From Mytilus californianus (Eukaryota): a stretch of DNA of 64,000 bases. Each line of letters starts with the position of its first letter. The stretch's first letter is position 1. Positions 25,701-37,884 of this stretch are shown here, piece after piece. Made by a program: the position numbers and the translations under genes. Below the pieces are notes generated by a model. The model was given only the letters and a program-made list of their open reading frames with translations, was not told the origin of the DNA and made no database searches. The stretch lies in contig NW_026262679.1 of the NCBI RefSeq assembly GCF_021869535.1, positions 121,768,001 to 121,832,000 on the forward strand, read 5' to 3'.

Positions 25701-28700
25701 GAGGTACCAAATACTGTGGTCATTTTAATTCTATATTGTGTGGTTTATTTGACTTATGCAGTGTTTCAGACATTTTTTGTGGGAGAAACATTGTCAGCAT
25801 TCATGGTATATATTCTGGCTGTAGTTGGTATTATAATGATATGGATTTTAACCTATAACTTTTCTGCACCTGAAGCAGTACCAGAAACATGCCTTTCGTT
25901 AAACATCAATAACATATTTTCATGGATGATAATGTTACTATATTTTGTATTATTCTTTTCAAACAGTTTTGTAGTGCATGAAGACTCAGTAACTTTGTTC
26001 TATACTCAGACATTATCATGGATATTTTGTTTTAAAAGTATTCAGTCATTTCTAGTCAAATATGATACTTCACAATTGGATCAAAAAGCCAAAAGACACA
26101 AAACACAACATAAAACTTATGATATTATGAGAACTTTGACTCAGCCATCAATATTAGCAATATTTGTGACACTACTTTTAAATGTGCTTGTCAGATTTTC
26201 ATCAAATTTTCGAGCATGTCGTGAAGAACAATGGACTTGTTCTTTGTCACTTTTCCTGTATCCATTAGCTAGCTTACCAGACGAGTTGACTAGCTACAGA
26301 AATGTTAGATACTTTTTTAGTGTAGGTTGTGTCATTTTCTTTCTTCTAGCAATTCGTAAATATGTAAAACATTCTGGAAATTTTCAAGGAAATTCTGCAG
26401 GAATAATATGTATAAAATACATATATCCTGTATGTGGTGTTGCAATTGCTTTGCACTGGGCTTTGCAAGGACTACCTCAGCCAATACTTGATGCTTTACC
26501 AGTGTGGCAACAGATATTTTTGCCAAGGCTTGTGTATATACTTCTATTTATATCATTCATAGCTACCACCATTAAACCATTAACGATTCATCTACTACCG
26601 AAACAGGAGAAATTTTCTGTTCAGGCTGATGGGACTGTTATACCACAGGTTTACAACAAAATCAAGCAAAACTTTAAGGATGAGAAAGAGGCTGAGCATC
26701 CACCAATTGTGTTTGGTCTCGGCACAACATACTCGTCAGCGCTGATCAACTTTGTTGTGATCTTCTACTTATTACTTGTTCTGCTGTTGGGAGATGGCAC
26801 TTCACCTAGCCTATTATTTGCATTTTTATCAGTTTGGTTATTTTTAGAAGTATATACAGCTTCAGTAACATTTACAAAGATGGTTTTCTCAGGAGATGAA
26901 AGTTCAGGATTTGGGTTGACAAAAGCATGTAAGTGTTTTTTCACATACGACTATTCATACTTAAGGACAAAGGTAGAATAGATGAAATTTAAATTCATGT
27001 ATTTCCCGTTCATTTTCTATGTCACAATGCTTATGTTATTATTGTATGTCGCAATGCTTATGTTATTGTATGTCACAGTAAGAACCAATAGTTCAATGAC
27101 TTCATGTACACCGAGGTCCTCAGGTCAATTGGGGTAACTCATTCATAAAAAAACCCTCAAGATTGGTCTATATGGGGCAATCAGAGATAAAAAGCTGATG
27201 AGTCATGGGAAATATTTTTAAACTAATGTTATACTGAAATATATGTTGTAAGATATACAGTACAGATGTTAAAAAGAAAAATGTTCCATCCAAGCTTACC
27301 ATTAGGCATACACCTAACATGATGTACACAGTTGATATCAACTGTTGACATTTATTTTATTTCATTATGTTTTTGAAAATATCTTGATAATCTGATGGAA
27401 CCATGATAGCATCATTGTAGGAAATTGGGTTCAAACCCCAGTCTAACATGTCTGAATAATCCAAAGATTCTAAAATTGGTATTCACTACTTCACCACCAA
27501 ACACACAATTTTTTGAAGAAAGAGTTAATACTGGTTAGCTTAGAGTCAGACCAATATACCTGTATCCCATTAGGATATCATGTCCTTGGATCTGTAACCT
27601 TGTGAGGTAGCATTTAAAAATGCAGCTCAGAGTGTTAGTTTAGTATTTAGCTGTGCATCTTTATATTACATTAACATGTTAACTTTCTGAATATGATTGT
27701 AATACTTGCCACTGGATAGACAGTCATCAATCTATCAGTTTAACCGAATTATTTTTATTTGTAGGTAAAGTCAATAACATTTGGCCACCTGTAGTGTTTA
27801 TGTCAACTTTGTTCTCTTCATATTTTTATTTGTAGGTAAAGTCAATAACATTTGGCCACCTGTTGTGTTTATGTCAACTTTGTTCTCTTCATATTTTTAT
27901 TCTACTGGACATCAAGCTGCAGTACCATCAATTAAGTGGGAATCTGCATTTACTGGTTTCCATGGTGATTTCGACTACAATGTTATTCCTGCTATTCTGA
28001 TCACTTTAAACACTTTTGCGGCAGAGGTATTCTATAGTGTTCTGTGTCCACTGCTTGTCATATGGCCACTGACCGATGGATTGTTTCTTAAATCCATGGC
28101 AACAAAGAAGGAAGAACCTGGACATTGGAAGGGGGACTTCCTTTTATTGGAGGATGAAGATGTGTTTAAGCAGATGTTGTTTAGACTCTTTTCTTCCATG
28201 TTTTTTTTTCAGGGAATCAAGGTAAAGTTCTAGAAACTATCTTAGGTTACAAGTATTTTAAATAAAGAGATCTTAAGTAAAAATAAGAAGATGTGGTATG
28301 ATTGCCAAAAAGACAATTCTCCACCAGAAACTAAATGATGTAGAAGTTAGCAACTATAGGTCACCATATGGTCTTCAACAATGAGCGAAACCCATGCCGC
28401 ATAATGCATCTATTGATAAACACAATGTAGAACTTGTTGATTGATGATTGCTTCATGCGGTATCAAAATGTACATGGCTCATGTATTATGAATTTTTCAA
28501 ATCTTTGGGAGAAAAAGGCTGTTAATTATCAGTCATGATTTTTGTCTCGCGATCGCCTGCGACGAAAGTTGTGGAAACCAAGACATAGGGATTGCTTTTC
28601 TGGGGATGGCTGCAGCGGTGGCGTCAACAATTGTTAAGTTTTCTGCTTAAGTTAAATAGTTGATAGGAACTAATTGTGATAGATCATTGATATTTAATAT

Positions 28701-31028
28701 AAAGTTGCATTACTATCAGTACATCTCAGTTTGTCGACCATTTCTAGGCCCTGCCCCCTAGGTCATGGTCCAGCAACTTTGAATTAACTAGCAATTTAGA
28801 GATAACTGTATTGTATTTGAAGCTTTGCGGACATCCATCGGTAGCTTTACTGTCGCATATTTAGTTTACCTGGCGACGCGTAGTGGAGACAGGTAAACCG
28901 TTATTTGCGACAGTAAAACTACCGATGGACAACCGCAAAGCTTCAAATACAATACAGTTATCTCTATTCTAATGCAAAATAAACGAATCATTCAATTTTA
29001 GTCATTATTATAGTGTAAATTTTCATTAAACGAAAATTCCGCGAAATGATGTTATCTTCTTTGGCGCCGAAACTGGGTGACGTCATAAGTATGCTTCCGG
29101 CATCAAACTTAAACACCGGGCGTTTTCTGGCTTCTTGTCTGCTTCAGACTGTAATAAAATTTGATAAAAAGAAGATTTCTAGGTGCAAAATGTGAGTTTT
29201 TTTGCTTATTATTGGAGAAATTACATGTCAATACATTCCAGAATTCAAAATATCGGCTTCCTTAGTTACAGACAGGGAGATAGAGAATTTTACGCTTATT
29301 GTCATCCAATCAGAACCATTGATACAAAATAATTGCATTAGAATTTTCAATGTTAAGTTAGTTTGATAGGAACTACTTGTGATAGATCATTGATATTTAA
29401 TATGAAGTTGTTTTACTATCAGTATATATCAGTTTGACAAATGTTTTGAAGCCCTGTCCCCTAAGTCATGGTCCAGTGACTTTGAATTAATAAGCAATTT
29501 CCCATGTTAAGTTTTCTACTTAAGTTAGTTTGATATAGGATCTGCTAGTGATAAATCATTGATATTTTGTATGAAGTCCCATTACTATCAGTTCATATCA
29601 TTCTGGTGACTATTTTGGGGCCGTGGCCCCTAGGACATGGTCCAGTGACTTTGAATTAATAAGCAATTTTCAATGTTAAGTGTTCTGCTGGAGTTAGTTT
29701 GATAGGATCTACTTGAGATAGATCAAGGATATTTTGTATGAAGTTGCATTACTATCTGTACAAACATTGTATCTGTATGACGACTATTTTGAGGCCCTGC
29801 CCCCTAGGTCATGGTCCAGTGACTTTGAATTAGTTAGAAATTTCAACGTTAAGTTTTCTGCTTAAGTCAGTTTGATAAGAACTACTTGTGACAGATCAAT
29901 GATATTTTGTATAAAGTTGCATTACTATCAGTACATTTCAGTTTGTCCACCATTTCTAGGCCCTGCCCACAAGATCATGGTCCAGCGACTTTTAATAAAT
30001 AAGCAATGTTGCTGTCCATCAAATTGTCTTTTTCTGAATTTTATGTGGACAGGCGAGACATAAATCTGTGTCAACAGTTTATTTAAAGAAAATTTATATG
30101 TTTGCTTTTGATCTTTTTGAAAAATAAGGAAAAACAGCAAAACTGCTAATGAAATAGAGATATGATTAACATTTTGGCCCTGTTCATTCTAATAAAAAAT
30201 TACACAGTATTATAAATCTATCAAATAACATCATCCAGTTGTTCATAATTTAAGATAAATTAAAGCTCCATGCAAACTAACAACAGAACTTTCAATGAAA
30301 CACAACACAATAACCTAACAGAAATTATTTTGAACACATTGTATGCATGTAATTTTCTTTTTCATGTGACATATTTAAAATTACATACCTTATGACTTAA
30401 GGCTGTACTTAGGTCAGGTTTAGGAATTTTTGTCAGATGTTCATATATACTCCTTAATTTTTTTCCTATTATACAGGGTAAAATATTTTGCCCCATAACA
30501 CCCATTTGTCTTTTCATATAATACTCCCAATAGCTAATAAAAGGTCATTTACCAGATTCTAGATTTCTTTTCTCTCGATTTGAAACCCAAATAATACCAA
30601 TGCAAATGTAAGGTAAAAGTCCGAGTCAGCCTTTTCCTGACATTTTTTAAAAATTAAATATCTCGAAAAGGAGCTCCATAACCTATCAATATTTTTAGCT
30701 TATTTTGATTCTTAACTAATGCTCTTCTGACTTACAGTATCAATTTTAAATTCAAGATTTCTTGAATTTCACCTAAGTACATCGTTAATTTGTAAAACAT
30801 CATGAATATAAAAAAAAACTTTTTCAGGTTTTGGGTTCAATGTGTGCAGCAGCTTTACATAGAAGACATCTGATGGTATGGAAGATATTTGCTCCAAGAT
30901 TTGTCTTTGCTGCTGTATCAAGCTTTGCTGTCTTTGTTTGTACACTATTGACGTATTTGATTATTATCAATATTCACCATGCCTTGACAAGATGGGTAAA
31001 GCAACTGGAACAAAAAAAGAAAAAATAA
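18977..31028 (+). CDS. PIGO: GPI ethanolamine phosphate transferase 3, catalytic subunit; 6 exons, 1080 aa
   Basis: Exons 18977-19728, 21194-21353, 23690-23839, 25335-26928, 27836-28221, 30828-31028 (3243 nt, phases compatible). Motifs [101 protein letters not shown]. Confidence 0.93.
19869..19970 (+). pseudogene. Short Penelope-like RT fragment in PIGO intron 1
   Basis: [33 protein letters not shown]. Confidence 0.6.
21194..21353 (+). CDS. PIGO: PIGO coding exon 2
   Basis: ttcaag|G AAT GTG; GDHGM..GDHGG motif; TGG|gtaaca. Confidence 0.9.
22175..23505 (+). mobile_element. Helentron/HINE-like non-autonomous element in PIGO intron 2
   Basis: 5' subTIR gctcacctgg; (gtc)n microsatellite; internal long tandem units; 3' subTIR ccaaggtgagc (23469-23479); stem-loop aggctc-ttta-gagcct (23485-23500). 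Confidence 0.75.
23690..23839 (+). CDS. PIGO: PIGO coding exon 3
   Basis: ttgtag|AAA GAA AGG; [23 protein letters not shown]; AAG|gtaatt. Confidence 0.88.
25335..26928 (+). CDS. PIGO: PIGO coding exon 4 (multi-pass TM region)
   Basis: tttttag|GTT TAT CAC; ALRLNAKQI; long hydrophobic ORF; GCA T|gtaagt. Confidence 0.9.
27751..27892 (+). repeat. 71-bp tandem duplication spanning the PIGO intron 4 / exon 5 boundary
   Basis: 27751-27821 and 27822-27892 are identical except one A/T substitution. Confidence 0.95.
27836..28221 (+). CDS. PIGO: PIGO coding exon 5 (uses the downstream of two duplicated acceptors)
   Basis: ttgtag|GT AAA GTC; [22 protein letters not shown]; AAG|gtaaag. Confidence 0.85.
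28539..30080 (+). mobile_element. HINE-like element with ~170-bp satellite-like array in PIGO intron 5
   Basis: SubTIRs gtctcgc / ggcgagac; catggtccag recurs at 28764, 29467, 29636, 29810 and 29976. Confidence 0.7.
28797..29341. mobile_element. Hairpin-bearing non-autonomous element nested in the satellite array
   Basis: 170-bp imperfect palindrome 28797-28966; inverted ttctaatgcaa / ttgcattagaa; AATT on both flanks, interrupting a host unit. Confidence 0.6.
30828..31028 (+). CDS. PIGO: PIGO terminal coding exon 6
   Basis: ttttcag|GTT TTG GGT; [14 protein letters not shown]; stop TAA. Confidence 0.9.
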   Translation, partial: VLGSMCAAALHRRHLMVWKIFAPRFVFAAVSSFAVFVCTLLTYLIIINIHHALTRWVKQLEQKKKK

Positions 31029-32649
31029 TGAAAAAGACATCCTCATTTAAAGGGCATAGTATACTCTCTTTCCAGTTAAAGGCATATCTCATTTCCATAG
31101 TGATTTTTTTGGCCATTCACCCTCAGTTATGGGTGATAGACTTGTAGTTTACATGCTAAAGTGTTGCTATTTTATTTCAACATTTACAATTACACACAGA
31201 AGAGACATAGCTCTGTGTCAACAGTTTATTTTGTCTTTAAGAATAATACAGCTTTATATTAGGAAATCTTATTTTTGAGAGAGAGAAAAATTATAATATT
31301 TTTCTTTTGACTTATTATTTATGGAACCATCTTTTAATTGATATTCATTATATCCTGTCCAACACAAAGGTTTTCAATTATGTGCCAATTTTATAAAATG
31401 TATACTGAACTTTAAATGGTCATTTGTACTGTTTGTTTAAAAAATTTCAGAACTATTGATATATTTGTCTCATATAATTTGCACTAGAATAGTAAAATAC
31501 CATTATGTCATTGATTACAGTATTAAGTTTATTACAATAATGTTTTAGAAATTGATATTTATAAAGTATAAGACTTAAAAATAATTACTCTTTGTATGCT
31601 TACTTGTAATCAAGTTGGAAAAATCATGTGAATGGAGATTTATTTTCAGTTGCATTTTAGAAATTTATATTTATATAGTATCAGATTTCAAACCATTTAT
31701 TATTTGTATGCTTAAGTGTAAACGTTTTAAAATACTCATGTGAATGGAGATTTATTTGTAGTTGCAATGTGTCTGGTGTTGGTACATTATATACATTTAT
31801 ATTATTGTCAAATGAAATTAAATTTAAGCAAGAAACAGTACATGGGGATTCAGAGAAAAACTGTATTCATAGTAAAAAAATATAAGCTTTAAGTGCTCAT
31901 TATTATGAGATAGTAAATGTTGCTATAGTAAACTTGGTGCATTTGATAGTAAACTATAGATATGTTTTTTTTTTCTATTTTGTCATATTTATGTGTAAAT
32001 ATTCAAATGTATTTTACATAAACAGATTCTGCCAACATTAGTTGTCATGTTTATATTTGAAATAAAAGTGCTGAATTTCTCACGTTCAACTTTATATTGT
32101 ATCGTAGACCATCAGTCTATCATCTGGAAGTATGGGTAAATTTTCAAAAGTATCAAGTATATTTTTGTACAAAGGTCAAGGACAGTCAGAAACAAGGTCA
32201 AAAGGCATCAGAAGAATAAGGGTTGTTTACAAGGAATATCAAACACAAAAACATCATTTGATAATTATATGATGTAAATTTTTCATCAGGTCATTTGATT
32301 TTAGAAGATTTCAATCATTTTTATAGGCCAATGTGTGGTTACATGTACATAGATCCCTCTCTATTGAGATATCTTTGGCTTTCCCACATTTTAGCTTATG
32401 TAGAGTCAATGAGGATGTGCATCAGAAAACAAATGGCTTTTACAAACTTAAAAATCATTTTAAGTTTTATATAACATTTTGATGAAACATTCCATTATGC
32501 AAGTTTTTCACATACCTATCTGATGACAGATGTTGAAGAAAATATATATTGTCTGGTTTATATTTGAAATCTCACTTAATAAAAATTAGTTAAATTTGTC
32601 CAGAAACAGAAATCATCTTGAACATATTAATTCAGGTACAAGCTCATAA

Positions 32650-35600
32650 TTTTTGTCTAGCCTGCGATGAAAGTTGCAGAATGCGAGACATGGGTATTAC
32701 AATCCGGTGGTGGCGGCAATAGTGAAGATTTGTATAAATCTTTATATTATATAGCTAGAAGACCTAGGTGCTTCATACCTTGTATACAGATACCTTATGT
32801 AACGAAGTTTCGGTCCGTCATATGTCAAGTGTCTTTTACCTCATTTTCTTGATTCAATGACTGCTTGAAAAAATTACTGTTTTCTTGAAAAGTGAAATTC
32901 TCTCTTATGAGTAATAGGATAATTATATTTGGTATACAGGTTCCTTGCAAGGTCTACATTTCTGTCAGGTTCACCTCATTTCATGGATCAGTGGTCAAGG
33001 TTAAAGTTGTGTGGTCAAGTCTGTATCTCGGATACTATAAGCAGTAGGTCAACTATATTTGGTGTATGGAATGATTGTAAGGTGTACATGTCTATCTGGC
33101 AGGTTTCATCTGACTTTGACCTCAATTTCATGGTTTATTGGACAATGTTTAGTTTTTGTGGATTGGCCTATCTCTCAGATACTATTTGCAATAGGGCCAC
33201 TATATATGGTGTATGGAATGATTGTTAGGTGTATACATAACTGGTGTATATGTCTGTCTGGCATGGTTCATCTGACCTTGACTCCCATTTTCATGGTTCA
33301 TAGGTCAATGTTAAGATTTTGTGATATGATCTGTTTCTCAGATACTATAAGCGATAGGACCACTATATTTGGTTTATGGAATGATTGTTAGGTGTAAATG
33401 TCTGTCTGGCATTGTTCATCTGACCTTTACTCCATTTTCATGAATCATTGATAATGTTAAGTTAATGTGATACTTGTAGTAAAACCCTCATATTACAGAC
33501 TTTCAACATGAAGTTAATCATAAGTTAAATAAGCTAGACATTTCAGTATGTGCACTCTTGTGTTCATTAACATGATGAAAATTTGTATGCCCATGCCGTC
33601 ACCAGAGAGGACATTGAGTGTTACCCTTGTCCGTCTGTACGTACGTCCCAAAATTGGTTTCCGTTCTCGAACTTTAGTTTGCCTCCACCAAATGTTATGA
33701 AACTTATACACAATGCTTATTACCACAAAACACAGATCAAGTTCGAATTTGGGTGGCTTCACTTTTACTGTTCTCAAGTTATGCCCCTTTATAAAGTTAT
33801 ATGCAAGCAGGGGCATCATCTGTGTACCATGGACACATTCTCCATTTATTTATTTTTGTATTGTATTTGCCCAACATATTTTTACATCCTGCCAGCAAGT
33901 ATTATCCCTTATTTGGTCTCAACTGCAGAGAATGATCCTAATCCAATGGCAGCATCAGCCTAAGTTATATATTTCAGATGGTATAAACTCTGAATAAGCC
34001 ATATCTAGTAGATAGCTATATAAATGCCTTATGGTCTCGACTTTTGAATATCTGTGTAGCATATGTCTGAAGTCCCAAGTCTGTCTAACAGGGTTCATTT
34101 GACCTTGGTTTCATTTTTAAAGTTCATCAATCAACTATAAAGTTATATGACGAGGTCAGTTTCTCTTCTACTGAAATAATGGGTCAAATATATTTGGTAT
34201 ATAGAATGATTATTAGGGATAAATGTTTGTCTGACAGGGTTCATCTGACATCTTCAGGTTTTCACGGTGCATAGATAAATTCAATATTGAGTTTTGATTA
34301 TTAGGTCAGTTTCTCAGCTACTATAAATGATAGGTAAATTATATTTGGTGTTTAGAATGGTTGTTGAGGCCATTTGTCCTTCTGACTGGGTTCATCTGAC
34401 TATGACCTTATTTCATAGTTCATTAATCAATGTTAAATTTTAGCTCACTTGGCATCCGTTGTCTGTTGTCGTCCATTAACTTTTACAAAAATCTTCTCCT
34501 CTGAAACTACTGGGCCAAATTTAACTAAACTTGGCCCCAATCATTATTAGGTATCTAGTTAAAAAATTGTGTCTGATGACCCCGGCTGTCAACTAAGATG
34601 GTTGATATGGCTAAAAACAGAACATAGGGGTAAAATGCAAGTTTGCTTATATTTTGGAAAACTTTTATAAATAGAGAAAATCTGACAGAAACAAAAATAT
34701 TCAGAATGTTGAGCTCTTCCTATTGTCCATTTAAGTCAAAACTGTCAGACGACTTCTTATAGGAGTAACTGCCCTTAAATGACGATTTTTTACCATTTTG
34801 AAAAATGTTTTCCCTTTTATCTCAAAAATTATAATAGATAAATAGAATCTTTAAAAAGCAAAAATGTTCAGCATAACAGGTTCTTCAAATAAGTCAACAT
34901 CGCTGAAATCATCAGTTGACTCCTTATTAAAGTTGTTGCCAAATTCCCAATTTTTTGCATTATTACCTAATATCTTTAAAACTATAATAAATAGAGAGGA
35001 TCTTTAAATAGCACAAATGATCAGCAAGACAAGATCTACAAATGTGCCATAATGGCCGAAATCTTCAGTCGACAATTATGTCAACATGACTAAAATTGTG
35101 AGGTAACACTTAATAGAGTTATTCCCCTTTTATGATGATTTTTGTCGAGCCTTCGACTTTAGTCGAAAAAGCGAGACATAGCAATCCTACATTCCGTCGG
35201 CGTTGTCGGCGGCAAACACAAATATTCACTCTGTGGTTAAAGTTTTTGAAATTTTAATAACTTTCTTAAACTATCCTTGATTTCTACCAAACTTGGACAG
35301 AAGCTTGTTTATGATCATAAGATAGTATCCAGAAGTAAATATTGTAAAAATAAAATTCCATTTTTTCCGTATTTTACTTATAAATGGACTTAGTTTTTCT
35401 GCCAGGAAATATTACATTCACTCTGTGGTTAAAGTTTTTAAAATTTTAATAACTTTCTTAAACTATCCTGGGTTTGTACCAAACTTGGACAGAAGCTTGT
35501 TTATGATCATAAGATATTATTCAGTAGTAAATTTTGTAAAAAAATAAATCCATTTTTTCCTTATTTTACTTTTAAATGGACTTAGATTTTCTGCCAGGAA

Positions 35601-36020
35601 ACAACACATTAACTCTGTGGTTAAAGTTTTTAAAATTTTAATAACTTTCTTATACTATTTTGGATTTGTATCAAACTTGGACAGAAGCTTGTTTATGATC
35701 AAATGCTAGTATCTAGAAGGAAATTTTGTTTTCTTCCAGATAAAATTACATTCAGTCTGCAGTTAAAGTTTTTAAACATTTATTAGATTCATAAACTATC
35801 CTTGATTTTTACCAAACTTGGACTGAAGCTTCTTACAATCAAAAGATAGTATCAAGTGGAATATTTTTATTGATTTACTTCCTCATTTTTGTAGAGCCTA
35901 TGATTAACAGAAAAAGTAGGCGAGACACTGGGTTCCTCGGAACCCTTACAAATTTTTACTAAAAAGTGGCCATTTTTGAAGATGCAGGTGAGTGAAACTA
36001 ACTTTAGAGCCTCTTGTTGG
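32650..36020. mobile_element. Cluster of nested HINE-like repeats between PIGO and UBL7
   Basis: Several subTIR/stem-loop elements, e.g. 33583-33845 and 35139-35955. The latter has 192-bp units (actctgtggttaaag at 35228, 35420, 35612) and a gggttcc-tc-ggaaccc hairpin. Confidence 0.6.
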
Positions 36021-37742
36021 CAGTTACAACAGATTGCCAGTTACTATAAGTTATAGCTCAGCTGTATTATAGAACCATTATAAGGTGTAAATGAAAAAAA
36101 AAACTTAATAAATTGCATTAGTCTGAAGCACTTTTGTTGAACTATCATGAGGAACACTCAAACCTTGATATTGAAAATGCCTATCTGAAGGATCATTGAT
36201 AATGTTAAGTTATTGTGATACCTGTAGTAAGACCTTGATATAAAAGACTATAAGTATAAATATTCAATCATAATCAGTTAGGCAGATGAGACATTTCAGC
36301 ATGTGCATTCTTAGTTGTTTGTAGTAACATAATGATAGGTTACAGGAAAATAAGAGCAATAAACTACATACAGTCTAAAAGTGTTTAGTTATAGAAGAAA
36401 ACATGAAATTAAAGAAATAGACTGAACTGAGAAATTCTATTGAATATATCTGTTAAACTCAAAAAAAGGTGATCCATGATCAAGGTGCCTGTGATCTCTT
36501 GTCAGATAAAGAGGAACACACTAATTATCCTTTATCAGATCATGATAACTAGAAGTAAGTATATATTAACTATCAATAGAAGAGAATATTTTATTGTTCA
36601 ATCAAGGGTATAAATGGGATGTACAAAGCTGACATTTATGATATGCAGTACATTTATCAACACAAATACTATAAACCATATAAATTTTGATAATAACTGG
36701 ATCTCTTCCTATATGAAGCTATGCACAGATATTCCTCTAGAATGGGTCACTTTTTACAAATATATACAAAAATGGATGATAGCGCTGGCCATTTCAGCAA
36801 TAATTAACTTTTTTGCATTTCAATTTTTAGTTATATAAAATGTCTAGATAATAGTCATCTTTCTTACAAGGGTGTTGAATAGTTATGAAAAAAAGATAGT
36901 GTACATGCTAAATAAATATATATGTATATGTATATGCAACACCAAAATTAAAAAAAAAAGTTCAAAGTAAATAAATACAAATTATGAAATATTAAGGGGA
37001 CGAAGTCCCCTATTGCGGTAGAAAAATCAATAAATTTAAAAAGAAAAAAAAAAAAAAAAAAATTGGGAAAAATTCCCGAAATTTTCATTCTACTAATGAA
37101 CTCAAAATCGTTAACTTTTTTATTTTCAGACTTTTTTATTTTCCCGCATTTGCGCAGAAATCTACTTCCTTTTTCCTGTCTTGTTTGCATGAGTCTTTGA
37201 GTAAAATATTTATTTATCAGTCTAGTAAAATATAGGAAGGAACGCAATACCAATTTCATTTTTAATAATTCCTTGAGTGGCTTGATATGAAAAACCGTTA
37301 CCTGATGATAGCGTTTCTTTGTTTACATTGAATATGACGTCATAACATAAATTACATCACAACTAAAATCCCTAACAACAAAACCGACATCGGTAACGTT
37401 ACGGTATTTCCGTTTCTTTTTTAACAGATTTTGAAGTTAAAATGTTTGAATTAAAAAAAATAATTCATAAAGACTTAGTCCCCTTTCACAGGTAATGCCT
37501 GCCTCATATTAATAACAACAGTGATATATGTCAATAGCTCATAAATTTTATTGTCTGATTAGATGTCTGTGTCAATACTGTCCATCTGTGAATAATGTCA
37601 AATAAGGAAATTGTCCTGAGGTCTCAAAAATTAAACCGGTACCACAGGACTTTTTTTCTTAATTACTGGTTCCTATTATTTTTACTTGAATTTTGCAAGG
37701 GAGAATAGGCCGTGTAATTTTAAACCAGTTTCCAAAACAATA

Positions 37743-37884
37743 ATGGCTTCCTTAAAAATTTGTAACCGTACAGTACAAGGAAAAACTGACAAAATAACGC
37801 TTAATTTTGTTAATCTGAAAGGCAACTCCTTGTTTTTAAAAGAGGAAGTTTCTAAAGTCATCAATTTACCTCCCTCTGACATCG
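37743..37884 (+). CDS. UBL7: UBL7 coding exon 1
   Basis: MASLKICNRT...VINLPPSDI; donor G|gtaatg in phase 1, matching the next exon; upstream acceptor ttttgcaag near 37698. Confidence 0.7.

Noticed and set aside
27765-27835. First copy of the duplication as a coding part of PIGO exon 5
   Set aside because: Ends in an in-frame TAG; cannot be in a full-length mRNA.
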